Part shown: in pieces, positions 36,733 through 47,081 of the stretch
Numbering within the stretch: the stretch's first letter is position 1
Layout of the letters: each line of letters begins with the position of its first letter
Source of the DNA: an uncultured Dehalococcoidales bacterium
GTDB taxonomy: Bacteria; Chloroflexota; Dehalococcoidia; GIF9; UBA5629
Direction of reading: 5' to 3'
NCBI GenBank assembly: GCA_964400675.1
Contig: CAYNVO010000003.1
Location: forward strand, 42,576 to 106,575
DNA: 64,000 nucleotides
The notes under the pieces: generated by a model
Told to the model about the DNA's origin: nothing
Database searches by the model: none
Seen by the model: only the letters and a program-made list of their open reading frames with translations
Program-made: the position numbers and the translations under genes

Positions 36733-37956
36733 GTGAGTTTGAAGAACAAGAACGTATTCATCACTGGTATAAGCGGCTTTGTCGGTTCAAACATGGCAAA
36801 GCATCTTCTCAATGAAGGGGCCAATGTTTTTGGGCTGGTTAGAAGACGGGCTGATGGCACTATCCCGCAAAACATTAGATATCTGGGAATTGAGAACGAG
36901 GTAGCCCTTGTGGAGGGCGATATGCGGGATATTTCCAGTATTGCTTCCGCATTAGACATCAGCAAACCTGACATTGTCTTTCATCTCGCCGCTCAGTCTT
37001 TCATTCCCAGGTCGTTTTCATGCCCCGGAGAGACGATGGAAGTAAACTGTCTGGGGACAGCCAATCTCCTTGAGGCGATTAGAAATAAAAGCTTGGATGC
37101 AGTAACAGTTTTCGCAGGAAGCAGCGAAGAGTATGGCCTTGTATTCCTTTCGGATTCTCAGTATCAGCAAATCAAGAAAAAACACGGCACGATTTTCCCG
37201 GAGCCGATCAGTATCCCTGAATTGCCTATCACTGAGACCAATCCTCTCCGCCCCATGTCTCCCTATGCTGTCAGCAAGGTCTACGCCGACTATCTAACCA
37301 GAAACTATCATACTTGTTATGGATTGAAAACAATAGTCTCTAGGGGCTTCAATCAGGAAGGGGCCGGCCGAGGCAGTATGTTTGTAACTTCGTCGATTAC
37401 TCGGCAGGCGATGCAATACAAGCGTGGTGAAATCGATAAGCTAGTCATAGGCAATGTTAATGCCTTCAGGGATTGGTCTCATGTCAATGATATTCTGAAG
37501 GGGTACTGCCTGCTGGCTGAGAAAGGCAGATATGGAGACGTTTACAACCAGGGCTCGCAGAGGACCAACTCGGTGCTTAGCTATCTCTTGCTTAGTTTGG
37601 AATGTGCTGGATATGCGGTGAATAGGATTGAAACGCTTGGTGGCAAGAAAGTGGTAGATAATCCCAACGAATTGGATAGCTCAAAGATGTTCGGGCTTGG
37701 CTTTGAAAAGACCAGGGTGGATAAGCTGATGCTAGAAGGTAAATTGGAATTCCAGCTTTCGGATACAGGAATTATTGTCATTACCGATAAGGATAAAATA
37801 GCTGTAGAATTTGATGAAGAAAGGTTCAGGCCAGCTGAAGTACCGATTTTATTAACCAGGACTGCAAAAATGGAGGAGCTTGGCTTTAAAACGCAGCGCA
37901 GCCTTAAAGATATAATTAATGACCAATTGAATTATTTCCTGGATCCAGCTCGCTAG
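36733..37956 (+). CDS. NAD-dependent sugar-nucleotide epimerase/dehydratase (GDP-mannose 4,6-dehydratase-like) with a C-terminal extension.
   Basis: VFITGISGFVGSNMAKHL Rossmann motif, SxxYAxSK region (SPYAVSKVYAD). 407 aa. Confidence 0.65.
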   Translation: MSLKNKNVFITGISGFVGSNMAKHLLNEGANVFGLVRRRADGTIPQNIRYLGIENEVALVEGDMRDISSIASALDISKPDIVFHLAAQSFIPRSFSCPGETMEVNCLGTANLLEAIRNKSLDAVTVFAGSSEEYGLVFLSDSQYQQIKKKHGTIFPEPISIPELPITETNPLRPMSPYAVSKVYADYLTRNYHTCYGLKTIVSRGFNQEGAGRGSMFVTSSITRQAMQYKRGEIDKLVIGNVNAFRDWSHVNDILKGYCLLAEKGRYGDVYNQGSQRTNSVLSYLLLSLECAGYAVNRIETLGGKKVVDNPNELDSSKMFGLGFEKTRVDKLMLEGKLEFQLSDTGIIVITDKDKIAVEFDEERFRPAEVPILLTRTAKMEELGFKTQRSLKDIINDQLNYFLDPAR

Positions 37957-38059
37957 CAAGGCAAACTGATTGTTCGCATGAACTATCAGAGTCGCCTCGT
38001 TATGCCGCGGCGTTGAAACACGATTGGTACTCAGTGAGGCGTTAGTGTAGTATAGGATT

Positions 38060-39184
38060 GTGCAGATGAAGATTGCTGTAATTGTGGGTACACGCCCCGA
38101 GATAATTAAGATGGCTCCGATAGTAAGAGAGCTTGAGAACAATAGAGTAAACTACTTCATCCTTCATACCGGTCAACATTATTCGTATAACCTGGATAGG
38201 GTCTTTTTTGAACAGCTAAGATTACAAGATGCTAAATATAACTTAGAGGTCGGCTCCGGCTCTCATGCAGAACAAACAGGAAAAATACTTATAGGCGTGG
38301 AAAAAACTCTTGAAATTGAAAAGCCTGATATTGTTCTAGTTGAGGGTGACACTAACTCTGTGTTTGCTGGTGCACTGGCAGCAGTTAAGCTCCATATATC
38401 AGTTGGGCATGTCGAGGCTGGGCTGCGAAGTTATGACAGGCAGATGCCCGAGGAAATCAATCGTATTCTGACTGACCATTGCTCCGATTACCTGTTCGCT
38501 CCAACGGAGAAGGCAAAGGCAATCCTCCTCGGCGAGGGCATCCACAACGACAAGATATTTGTAACTGGCAATACCATAGTTGACGCTGTCTACCAAAACC
38601 TAGAAATAGCTAAAAGAAGTTCAAAGTTAGGAAGTTCTAAGTTCGAGGTTAAATACACAACTTCAAACGTAGAACATAGAACCTTGAACCTTGAACCCGG
38701 AAGCTACTTCTTGGTAACCCTTCATCGGCAAGAGAATGTTGATAACCTGGCGAGATTGGCCTCAATCTTGGAGGGGTTAGATAGGGTGGCTTCTGAGTTT
38801 CGTATGCCTGTAATCTATCCCATCCATCCCCGCTCTCAGAAAATGATGGCCAAATTTGGCCATAAACCCCGAAATATTAAGCTAATTGAACCCACCGACT
38901 TCCTGAGTTTTCTCCAGCTTGAGAGCAGTGCCAGGCTTATACTGACCGACTCTGGAGGAGTTCAGGAGGAAGCTTGCATACTCAAAGTCCCCTGTGTTAC
39001 TTTGAGAGACAATACTGAGAGGCCGGAAACCATTGAGGTCGGCGCTAATATACTAGCTGGTGCATCTTCAGATAAAATACTTGATTGTGTCAAGAGTATG
39101 ATTAGCCAAAAAAACAAATGGGCAAATCCATTTGGTGATGGCAAAGCAGGAGAAAGAATAGTAGAAATTATAACAGGAGATTAA
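38060..39184 (+). CDS. wecB: UDP-N-acetylglucosamine 2-epimerase (non-hydrolysing).
   Basis: MKIAVIVGTRPEIIKMAPIV, HVEAGLRSYD, DSGGVQEEA blocks. Contains an in-frame heptamer-repeat tract (38633..38697) in a linker region. Confidence 0.85.
   Translation: MQMKIAVIVGTRPEIIKMAPIVRELENNRVNYFILHTGQHYSYNLDRVFFEQLRLQDAKYNLEVGSGSHAEQTGKILIGVEKTLEIEKPDIVLVEGDTNSVFAGALAAVKLHISVGHVEAGLRSYDRQMPEEINRILTDHCSDYLFAPTEKAKAILLGEGIHNDKIFVTGNTIVDAVYQNLEIAKRSSKLGSSKFEVKYTTSNVEHRTLNLEPGSYFLVTLHRQENVDNLARLASILEGLDRVASEFRMPVIYPIHPRSQKMMAKFGHKPRNIKLIEPTDFLSFLQLESSARLILTDSGGVQEEACILKVPCVTLRDNTERPETIEVGANILAGASSDKILDCVKSMISQKNKWANPFGDGKAGERIVEIITGD
38633..38697. repeat. Inverted pair of GAACCTA-family heptamer arrays (MITE-like) lying in-frame inside wecB.
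   Basis: GTTCTAAGTTCGAGGTT ...25 nt... GTAGAACATAGAACCTTGAACCTTGAACC. Encodes SSKFEVKYTTSNVEHRTLNLEP in a variable WecB linker. Confidence 0.55.
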
Positions 39185-39186
39185 CT

Positions 39187-40110
39187 ATGGCTAAGATATT
39201 AGTTACTGGCGGCAAGGGATTTATTGGCTCAAACCTCGTTCCTGAATTAAACGAACGGGGACACGAAGTCTGGGTATGCGACTTGGGTCATTCAGAGTCC
39301 CCAAACTACACCCGCTGCGATGTTACCGAATACCGCCAGCTTGAGAGAATATTTGAACACCACGACTTTGATTTTGTCTATCATCTGGCGGCAGAATATG
39401 GCCGCTGGAACGGCGAGGACTATTATGAGAACCTGTGGCTGACCAATGTGATAGGTACTAAGAATATGCTTCGGATTCAGGAGCAGAAGAAGTTCCGCAT
39501 GATATTCTTTTCCAGTGCCGAGGTCTATGGAGACTATGACGGTGTAATGAGTGAAGACGTGATGGACAAAATACCCATAAAGCAAATGAACGACTACGCT
39601 ATAACTAAATGGGCAGGAGAGCTACAATGCTTGAACTCTCAAGCCATGTTCGGCACGGAGACTGTCAGGGTTAGACCGGTCAATGCTTACGGTCCGCACG
39701 AGCATTATAGTTCTTACCGCGGTGTAATCCCGGCTTTCATTTACAAGGCTCTGCATGATGAGCCATATACAGTTTATCAGGGGCACAAGCGCATCTTCGA
39801 TTATGTAGAAGATACCTGTCGCACCTTCGCCAACATTGTAGATAACTTCATACCCGGCGAAGTTTATAACATCGGAGGCAAAGAGGAGTGGGAACACGAT
39901 ATCAAATATGTTTCCGACCTGATATTAAAAAATCTGGGCAAAACTGATGCCAAAGTCAACTATAAGGAAGCAGAACCGTTTACCACACGCTTCAAGCACA
40001 TGGACTTCTCCAAATCCAGGAGAGACCTTAAGCACGCCCCCAAGGTTCCGCTGGAGGACGGAATCCCCAAAACTATTGAATGGATGCGCAAAGCCTACGG
40101 ATTTAAGTAG
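39187..40110 (+). CDS. NAD-dependent epimerase/dehydratase.
   Basis: ILVTGGKGFIGSNLV Rossmann motif and YAITK (YxxxK). Confidence 0.75.
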   Translation: MAKILVTGGKGFIGSNLVPELNERGHEVWVCDLGHSESPNYTRCDVTEYRQLERIFEHHDFDFVYHLAAEYGRWNGEDYYENLWLTNVIGTKNMLRIQEQKKFRMIFFSSAEVYGDYDGVMSEDVMDKIPIKQMNDYAITKWAGELQCLNSQAMFGTETVRVRPVNAYGPHEHYSSYRGVIPAFIYKALHDEPYTVYQGHKRIFDYVEDTCRTFANIVDNFIPGEVYNIGGKEEWEHDIKYVSDLILKNLGKTDAKVNYKEAEPFTTRFKHMDFSKSRRDLKHAPKVPLEDGIPKTIEWMRKAYGFK

Positions 40111-40119
40111 CCCAAGCCA

Positions 40120-40140
40120 AACCTTGATATAACCTAGAAC
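40120..40140. repeat. Heptamer-repeat tract (AACCTTGATATAACCTAGAAC).
   Basis: GAACCTA-family units immediately upstream of the GT4 gene start. Confidence 0.4.
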
Positions 40141-40144
40141 TCTT

Positions 40145-41344
40145 ATGAAAATCCTTATCGTCCAGGAGAGCGATTGGCTCAAGAGAGGGCCGCACCAACA
40201 ACATCAGCTAGCAGACCGCCTTTCGCTTAGAGGTCACCAGGTTCGGATTATCGATTACGAGATTTTGTGGCGAGACCAAGACAAAAGGGAGCTTTATTGC
40301 AAACGACAGCTATTCGAAAATGTATTCAAGGTTAATCAAGGGGCGAAGGTCACCGTAATTCGTCCCGGCATAATCAAGATACCTCTCCTTGACTATGTTT
40401 CCATTGTTTTTACTCATCAAAGAGAAATAAACAGGCAAATCGAAGAGTTCAAGCCTGATGTCATTATTGGGTTTAGTATCCTGAATAGTTATCTGGCAGC
40501 AAAGGCAGCCAGGAGTAATGACATTCCCTTCATTTATTACTGGATAGACGTGCTGCACCGCTTGATACCATTTAAGCCTCTACAGTTCATTGGTGAGATA
40601 TTGGAGCACAAAACGCTAATGCAAGCGGACAGGACGCTGACAATCAATGACAAGCTTAAAGACTATGTTATCACTGCCGGTGCCGCAGCTAACAAAACTA
40701 GTGTAATCAGGGCCGGCATAGACGTGGAGCAGTTTAAGCCATCAGCTAGTATTAGCAATTTAAGGAAACAATATGGACTTAAGGAAACTGACATTGTATT
40801 GTTCTTCATGGGCTGGCTCTATCATTTCTCCGGTTTGAAAGAAGTGGCTCAGGAGTTAGCCAAAGAAACTAACAAGAACCTGAAATTGCTAATAGTCGGC
40901 GAAGGCGATGCCTTTGAAGACCTTAAGCGAATACGAAACAAATACAACTTGCAAGATAGGCTCATCTTAGCTGGACAGAAGCCGTATACAGATATGCCAG
41001 CCTTCATCTCTGCTGCCGATATATGCCTGTTACCGGCATATCCTTGGGAGAAAACAATGCATGACATAGTGCCTATTAAGTTGTATGAGTACATGGCTAT
41101 GAAGAAACCGGTGATAGCAACAAGACTGCCCGGAGTTATGAAAGAATTTGGTAAAAACAACGGCGTAGTCTATGTGAGTAAACCTGAGGATGCCATTGAT
41201 AAAGCCAAAAGCCTTGTCAAAGATGGTAAAATAGGAGAGCTTGGCGATAAAGCCAGGAAATTTGTCCAAAAATACAGCTGGGATAGTATAACCGACGGAT
41301 TTGAGAAAATTCTAGAAGAAGTTGTGATGAGTTCTAGGTTCTAA
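40145..41344 (+). CDS. Family 4 (GT-B) glycosyltransferase.
   Basis: 399 aa, GT-B architecture. The C-terminus runs into the heptamer array (...MSSRF*). Confidence 0.7.
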   Translation: MKILIVQESDWLKRGPHQQHQLADRLSLRGHQVRIIDYEILWRDQDKRELYCKRQLFENVFKVNQGAKVTVIRPGIIKIPLLDYVSIVFTHQREINRQIEEFKPDVIIGFSILNSYLAAKAARSNDIPFIYYWIDVLHRLIPFKPLQFIGEILEHKTLMQADRTLTINDKLKDYVITAGAAANKTSVIRAGIDVEQFKPSASISNLRKQYGLKETDIVLFFMGWLYHFSGLKEVAQELAKETNKNLKLLIVGEGDAFEDLKRIRNKYNLQDRLILAGQKPYTDMPAFISAADICLLPAYPWEKTMHDIVPIKLYEYMAMKKPVIATRLPGVMKEFGKNNGVVYVSKPEDAIDKAKSLVKDGKIGELGDKARKFVQKYSWDSITDGFEKILEEVVMSSRF

Positions 41345-41385
41345 GCCAAGGGGTTCTAGGTTAAGAAGTTCTAAGTTCTAGGTAG
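41329..41385. repeat. Heptamer array, GTTCTAG orientation (GTTCTAGGTTCTAAG...GGTTCTAGGTT...GTTCTAAGTTCTAGGTAG).
   Basis: Inverted relative to the array at 41763..41782. The two together bracket the four-helix-bundle gene. Confidence 0.6.
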
Positions 41386-41396
41386 AATATTGAGTA

Positions 41397-41765
41397 ATGA
41401 AAATCGAAAGATTTGAGGACATCGAAGCTTGGAAAGAGGCTCGAAATTTGGTTAGCATGATTTACGATATTTCAAATGAAGAGCTATTTTCAAAAGATTT
41501 CAGCCTGAGGAATCAAGTCCGGGGGGCTTCGGTCTCCGTAATGTCCAACATTGCCGAGGGATTTGATAGGGGGACAAATAGAGAATTCATACAATTCCTC
41601 ATAGTAGCCAGAGCTTCCGCTTCTGAAGTAAAAAGCCAGTTATATGTAGCCTTGGACCGCAACTACATTCATCAAAATAAGTTTGATAAAGTATACCAGC
41701 AAGCAACGAAAGCCATAAGTCTTATTGACGTGTTCATCCGTTACTTGAAAAAACCCAGAACGTAG
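41397..41765 (+). CDS. Four-helix-bundle protein of the 23S-rRNA-intervening-sequence protein family (TIGR02436/PF05635-like).
   Basis: IEAWKEARNLVSMIY...VMSNIAEGFDRGTNREFIQFL..ARASASEVKSQL matches the family core. 122 aa. Confidence 0.75.
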   Translation: MKIERFEDIEAWKEARNLVSMIYDISNEELFSKDFSLRNQVRGASVSVMSNIAEGFDRGTNREFIQFLIVARASASEVKSQLYVALDRNYIHQNKFDKVYQQATKAISLIDVFIRYLKKPRT

Positions 41766-41782
41766 AACCTAGAACCTAGAAC
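41763..41782. repeat. Heptamer array, CTAGAAC orientation (TAGAACCTAGAACCTAGAAC).
   Basis: Perfect 7-bp tandem units. Overlaps the stop of the four-helix-bundle gene and precedes the RBS of the next gene. Confidence 0.6.
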
Positions 41783-41796
41783 GAAGAAGGAGCAAA

Positions 41797-42795
41797 ATGA
41801 GTCAACATATGAGCGAATATAAGGGTAAGAATATCCTCATCACCGGCGGGGCTGGCTGCATTGGCAGCAATCTGACTAAAGCTCTAATAGAAGCCGAAGC
41901 AGGCAAAATAATCGTCCTTGACGACCTTTCAGCGGCTGAAAAATGGAACGTCCCCGTTGACCCAAAGGTGATATTTATCGAGGGCAGCGTATTGGATGAA
42001 GAAGCAGTAAAGAGAGCGTTCTCTGCAAAGCTTGATTTCGTCTTCCATCTGGCAGCTCACTTCGCCAATCAGAATTCAGTTGATAATCCTGAGACCGACC
42101 TCGAGGTCAACGGTCTCGGCACACTCAAGGTTCTGGAATACTCTCACCTTGCCAAGGTAAGCAAGTTTGTCTTTGCATCTTCAGGCTGCTCAGTTTACGG
42201 CAGCCAGGCGCCTCTCCCCCTGAAAGAGGATTACGTATCGCTGCATCTCGACACTCCCTATCAAATCACCAAGCTTCTCGGCGAGCTTTACTGCAATTTC
42301 TTCCACAATTATTATGGGCTGCCTGTAGCTATAGCCCGATACTTCAATGTTTATGGTCCCGGTGAAATCCCCGGTGCTTACCGTAACGTCATTCCCAATT
42401 TCATGTGGTGGGCATTACACAAAATGCCCCTACCTGTGACTGGCACAGGAGCGGAAACCAGAGATTTCACCTATGTTGAAGACATAGTTGACGGCACGTT
42501 ACGACTTGGGGCAATATCTCAGGCTGTGGGTGATGCCTTTAACCTCGCGTCAGAAACAGAAACCAAGGTAATTGATATAGCTAATATGGTTAATGAGATA
42601 ACGGGAAATCCGTCAGGTGTTACCTTTAAACCTCGCCGCGACTGGGACCAGATTACGCGCCGGAAAGCCTCTATAGAAAAAGCCAGGAAAGTTCTCGGTT
42701 ATGAGCCAGGAACAAAAATAAAAGACGGAGTCAAGAAAGTGTATGAGTGGGTTGTAGCCAATCGTGATAAAATTGAGGAATGTGCCAGATTTTAA
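41797..42795 (+). CDS. NAD-dependent epimerase/dehydratase (UDP-sugar 4-epimerase / decarboxylase-like).
   Basis: ILITGGAGCIGSNL and YQITK. The C-terminus ...KIKDGVKKVYEWVVANRDKIEECARF has a paralogous remnant at 49922..49996. Confidence 0.75.
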   Translation: MSQHMSEYKGKNILITGGAGCIGSNLTKALIEAEAGKIIVLDDLSAAEKWNVPVDPKVIFIEGSVLDEEAVKRAFSAKLDFVFHLAAHFANQNSVDNPETDLEVNGLGTLKVLEYSHLAKVSKFVFASSGCSVYGSQAPLPLKEDYVSLHLDTPYQITKLLGELYCNFFHNYYGLPVAIARYFNVYGPGEIPGAYRNVIPNFMWWALHKMPLPVTGTGAETRDFTYVEDIVDGTLRLGAISQAVGDAFNLASETETKVIDIANMVNEITGNPSGVTFKPRRDWDQITRRKASIEKARKVLGYEPGTKIKDGVKKVYEWVVANRDKIEECARF

Positions 42796-42885
42796 TCTCT
42801 CGAAGTATGCAGGGCAGACAAACGCAGGGTTGCCGCAAATTAATTTTACATAAAATAACGATGCCTATATTTTCTTCAATCCGGC

Positions 42886-43308
42886 TTAATATCCTGTTCT
42901 AACAATCAAGAAACAGCCAACAACCACGAAGGCAATCCCTATCCAATGCAATATAGTTATACTTTCTTTCAAATAAATCAAGGCAAATATCGCTGTTAAT
43001 ACATAGGCCAAGCTCATCAGGGGGTAAATAAAGCTGACATTTAGAGTTGACATTGCACCAAGCCACAGGACTAATGCGATTCCGTAGCATAATATCCCGG
43101 CAATGATACGGGGGTTGGTGAATATTCTGGAGAGTGTATCAAGGTTGAAGAGCTGCCCCATACTTTTGATTTCTCCGACTTGATTCACACCACTTTTCAT
43201 CAGGATTTGTCCCATTGCCGCACCGAATATGCAGAGCAACACCAATAGTAGAGCAAACAACATAGCACTCCTTTTCTTGAACCTTGGTAGCCCAAATTTT
43301 CTTTTCAA
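42886..43308 (-). CDS. EamA/SMR-like four-TM membrane protein (ArnE/ArnF-like polyprenyl-sugar flippase subunit candidate).
   Basis: 140 aa, four predicted TM helices. Lies in the glycan cluster. Confidence 0.55.
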   Translation of the reverse strand: MKRKFGLPRFKKRSAMLFALLLVLLCIFGAAMGQILMKSGVNQVGEIKSMGQLFNLDTLSRIFTNPRIIAGILCYGIALVLWLGAMSTLNVSFIYPLMSLAYVLTAIFALIYLKESITILHWIGIAFVVVGCFLIVRTGY

Positions 43309-43393
43309 TTTTTACCCAGCAGTGTAGATTTTCTTACCGTTAAATCAGAGCTTGATATTAGGCATGCCAGCTCCTTAATGTCAATAATATAGG

Positions 43394-44293
43394 TTATGCC
43401 TTTTTAGCTAACAATTTGATCTCATATTGCATATTAAAAAGCTTGGCAAAAAAATACATTACCCCTATTAACATTTTCGTGCCCCAGTTCCATCTCAGGT
43501 TCTGCAAGGGTATTTCACTCTTTCCAAGGTAAATGACCTCAAATCCTGTCTCACGAAGCATTTGCGTTAGTGTCTGTTTGGAAAAATGAGTGATATGATA
43601 GATTGGATGTACTAACTTAATAGGTTTTTTCAACTTCCCGCCTGTGATTTTGTACAAAATGTCAGCCAGTCTAGGAATAAGGCTATTCTCGTCTACTGTC
43701 AAAATAAACAATAATCCATTGTCTTTCAGTATCCGTAGGCACTCTTCCAAGATTTGCCTGGGATTTGGGACATGTTCAATGGTATCCCACATTGTAACAA
43801 CATCAAAGTATGCTGATGGGAAATTAATGTCTTGCAATTCTTTTGTGTCCACTTTAATTCCAAATTTCTCCTTGGCATAGTTTGATGCATATTCCGAAAT
43901 ATCCACTCCGTATGGCTCCCAACCTTTGTTTTTTGCCATATCCAGAAAAACGCCTGTGGCACAACCGACATCCAATATTCTCCCCGCTTCCTTAGAGGAC
44001 ATTATAAGAGCTAATCCCTGTTGGAAGTTGGCTAATCTGGGCTCTTCTTTATACTTGGCATAGTCCTCGTGGCACTTTGAAAAAAATTTGACTTGGAACT
44101 CTTCGAAGTACTCGGCAGAATATAATTCTACAAGATTAATGTATAGCGGCTCAGTAAACACAAGGTGGCAATTGCGGCATTTTAATATATTGTATTCTCT
44201 CAGTTCATAAAGCCGAGAAATATCTTGTGAGTCACACAGTTGGCATTTAACATCGTTAAATTTATCAGGCTCTTTATAAGTATCCTCTGACAA
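43394..44293 (-). CDS. Class I SAM-dependent methyltransferase with an N-terminal Cx2C-Cx2C zinc ribbon.
   Basis: KCQLCDS...CRNCH ribbon. Motif I LDVGCATGVFLD. Confidence 0.75.
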   Translation of the reverse strand: MSEDTYKEPDKFNDVKCQLCDSQDISRLYELREYNILKCRNCHLVFTEPLYINLVELYSAEYFEEFQVKFFSKCHEDYAKYKEEPRLANFQQGLALIMSSKEAGRILDVGCATGVFLDMAKNKGWEPYGVDISEYASNYAKEKFGIKVDTKELQDINFPSAYFDVVTMWDTIEHVPNPRQILEECLRILKDNGLLFILTVDENSLIPRLADILYKITGGKLKKPIKLVHPIYHITHFSKQTLTQMLRETGFEVIYLGKSEIPLQNLRWNWGTKMLIGVMYFFAKLFNMQYEIKLLAKKA

Positions 44294-44336
44294 GATGATT
44301 ACCTGCCTAATAATTCATTAGTTCGAGCTTTTGATG

Positions 44337-45287
44337 CTATTTGTTGCAGTGCATACGGAACCAGTTGATAGTATTTTTCAATCCATCCTCAAGGTTGACT
44401 GAAGGCTGCCACCCTAGAATTTCCTTGGCTTTAGTATTATCACAAAAATGGTGCCATGCTTCTCCAGGCCGATAATCTAATGCCCCTACTCGCGGTTTTA
44501 GTGAGCTCTCCATTAAACGCAAAACCATTTCCACAACATCTATAATCTTGTACTCTAATCCATTGCCAATGTTTATTATTTCACCAATAGCACGTGGCGT
44601 AACTGAAGCTTTTATGTAAGCCTCAACGATATCATCAACATAATTGAATTCTCTTGTCTGCTCCCCCTTGGTCATTTCAAATTCCTCATCCATGATAGTC
44701 TTTTTAATGAGCGATGGAATCAGCAAGCTGCCTTCCTGCCCAGGTCCATAAGTCAGAAATGGCCTCAAAGTAATAATAGGTGCTCCATGCGTTTTGTGTA
44801 ACATCTGGCAAAAAGCAGTGGCAGATACCTTAGAAGCAGAGTATGGAGAAGAAGGATTAGGAATTTGATCTTCGCGGAACGGAGCAGGATTGTCACCATA
44901 ATCTTCAGAAGCCCCGGTATTTATAAAGCAATCGTAATTAATCCAATTTAAAGCTCGTAAAAGGTTAAGTGTTCCTCTTAAATTTACCTCTACCATCTCG
45001 TCAATTAGTTCTGGGGAGCGGGTGGTAGCAACGTATGCAGCGAGGTGAAATATTTTCTGCGGTTTGATAACAGCAATAACTGTTCTTATAGTTGTAAAAT
45101 CTCTTATATCACTATGATGAATGATAATCTCATTGCTTATATCTCCAAGCCTCCAAAGATTGGAACCAGCTCTGGCTAAACCATGCACCTCAGCACCTTC
45201 TCTCACCAGTCTTCTAGCCAAATGGGAACCTATAAAACCAGAGACGCCGGTAACCAGCACCTTGGTATTCCTCAATGTTTCAGTCAT
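44337..45287 (-). CDS. NAD-dependent epimerase/dehydratase.
   Basis: [18 protein letters not shown] and YSASK. Confidence 0.75.
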   Translation of the reverse strand: MTETLRNTKVLVTGVSGFIGSHLARRLVREGAEVHGLARAGSNLWRLGDISNEIIIHHSDIRDFTTIRTVIAVIKPQKIFHLAAYVATTRSPELIDEMVEVNLRGTLNLLRALNWINYDCFINTGASEDYGDNPAPFREDQIPNPSSPYSASKVSATAFCQMLHKTHGAPIITLRPFLTYGPGQEGSLLIPSLIKKTIMDEEFEMTKGEQTREFNYVDDIVEAYIKASVTPRAIGEIINIGNGLEYKIIDVVEMVLRLMESSLKPRVGALDYRPGEAWHHFCDNTKAKEILGWQPSVNLEDGLKNTINWFRMHCNK

Positions 45288-45634
45288 TTAACCTTGCCCT
45301 GGGCTTTAAAAAATTCTTGATACCAAGCGATGGTTTCCGTCAGTCCCTCTTCGACTGTATATTTGGGTCTCCAGCCCAGAACATCCCGGGCTTTCTGAGC
45401 TGAAAGATATTGGTGTTTTATCGCTCCTTTGGGTGTATTGAGTATCTCGGGTTGCAAGTCTGTTCTTTTCATCAGTTCAAGTATCGTTTGAACGATCTGA
45501 AGGACGCTCATCTGGGTCTCGTTACTGAAATTGAATGCCTCCCCGCAGATACTTGCATCATCCATTTTTTCCGCCAACAAAAGATATGCATCTACAGCAT
45601 TTAAAATAATAAGGCATTGACTTTTCACTTGCAA
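45284..45634 (-). pseudogene. C-terminal fragment of a CDP-/NDP-hexose 4,6-dehydratase-type epimerase. The N-terminal ~230 aa are absent.
   Basis: The 116-aa ORF aligns only to the C-terminal third of SDR epimerase/dehydratases (GEAFNFS...[17 protein letters not shown]). A TTG/alternative start is used, an in-frame TAA lies just upstream, and there is no room for an N-terminus before the next gene. Confidence 0.5.
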
Positions 45635-45657
45635 ATTTGATGCGCGCGTTCTTATAT

Positions 45658-46365
45658 TTAAAAGCCCCTTATTTTATATTTTAATATATTCCCCAAGAAT
45701 TCGAAAAAAGTCACCGGACTAACACTTGATTTGCCTTCCTTTCTACGTTCAAAAGCAACAGGTATCTCACCCACTTTTAATCCCAAACGGTTCGATTTAA
45801 TCATTATTTCAGCATCAAGAAACCAATCTTTGCAAGTGAGTTGCAATCCCTCATAGGCTTCGCGACTCATAATTTTGGGAGACCGGTTTACATCTCTGCT
45901 TTGCACAGGGAAGAAAACGGGGAGAATTAAATTGTACACTCTGGATTGAATCCTTCTTAATATGGAGACTTCGTTGCTGCCCCGCTTGGCCTTGCACAGA
46001 TCCAGTTTTTCTTCCACCAATTTTTTGAATATTCTTACTACGTCTTCTGCCTTTATCTGTCCGTCTCCAGGTGAAAAACCTAAATATTCACCTCTAGCTT
46101 TCTTAAGACCGCATATTATCCCCCACCCGTAGCCTTCATTTACGGGCACATTTACCACCGTTATTTCTTTATTGGAGCTCGCCAACCTTTGTAAAATCTC
46201 CGGTGTCCCATCAGTGGACCCGTTATTGACAAGTACTAGTTCTAACAAAACTCCGTTGGCTTTAAACCCACGCATTAGGTCCAATGCGACATGTTCAACA
46301 ACCCTCTCCTCATTGTAAAGAGGCACTATCAGAGACAAGAGCAAACCACTCCTCTCTTTTACCAC
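45658..46365 (-). CDS. Family 2 glycosyltransferase (Dpm1/GtrB-like).
   Basis: [11 protein letters not shown]...[10 protein letters not shown]. Confidence 0.75.
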   Translation of the reverse strand: MVKERSGLLLSLIVPLYNEERVVEHVALDLMRGFKANGVLLELVLVNNGSTDGTPEILQRLASSNKEITVVNVPVNEGYGWGIICGLKKARGEYLGFSPGDGQIKAEDVVRIFKKLVEEKLDLCKAKRGSNEVSILRRIQSRVYNLILPVFFPVQSRDVNRSPKIMSREAYEGLQLTCKDWFLDAEIMIKSNRLGLKVGEIPVAFERRKEGKSSVSPVTFFEFLGNILKYKIRGF

Positions 46366-46439
46366 TGAGCAATTTACCTCAAACCATAATTACATTAGCA
46401 AACTGGCAGCCCAGTCTGGTCGCAAATAAAAGCACCCTC

Positions 46440-47081
46440 TCATTTCTGACAAACATAAAGAATTCTGGCAAAAAATGGAATTGGCGACCTTATAATTTTG
46501 AATTTATATCCGATACTCGCCAAAAGAATTTGCCAGTCATAAGGCTTGCGGAAATGACTTTTTTCACGGTTTAGAAACATGTCGACCCAATAACTTGTAT
46601 GTAATGGTTCAGCAGTCGGGTCAATTTCGGCAATGAGCAATGTGCCGCCTTTCTCCAAGCTCGAAAAAATGTTTTCTAAGGTGAGCTGCTGTTCCGCCGG
46701 TTTAAGGTGATGCAGAAAATCCACCATCACAGCGCCGCTACAGGGTAGCAAATCGCATTCTATGGCATTCTTCAATGTGAAGCCGATATTTCCCCGTTTA
46801 CCCACCGTTTTCGAGGCGATTCCAATTCTTCTTTGGTCAAGGTCAATGCCGATGACCTTTCTTGCAGGAAAGCGCAAGGCCAGGTAATTTGACAATAGAC
46901 CGTAACCGCAGCCGATGTCAAATATTACACCGCGCTGAGGCAAAAAGTCTGAATATTCGTCGAAGTTCAGGAATTTTGTTCTGACCTTAACATAAAGCTT
47001 GACACATATCCCCTGCCCAGCATACAAGTCGGCAAGCTTACTATACAAATTATTTGGCATTTCGTTTCTCCGCCAGCGCAA
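46440..47081 (-). CDS. Class I SAM-dependent methyltransferase.
   Basis: Motif I VIFDIGCGYGLLSNYLA...VIGIDLD. Confidence 0.7.
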   Translation of the reverse strand: MRWRRNEMPNNLYSKLADLYAGQGICVKLYVKVRTKFLNFDEYSDFLPQRGVIFDIGCGYGLLSNYLALRFPARKVIGIDLDQRRIGIASKTVGKRGNIGFTLKNAIECDLLPCSGAVMVDFLHHLKPAEQQLTLENIFSSLEKGGTLLIAEIDPTAEPLHTSYWVDMFLNREKSHFRKPYDWQILLASIGYKFKIIRSPIPFFARILYVCQK

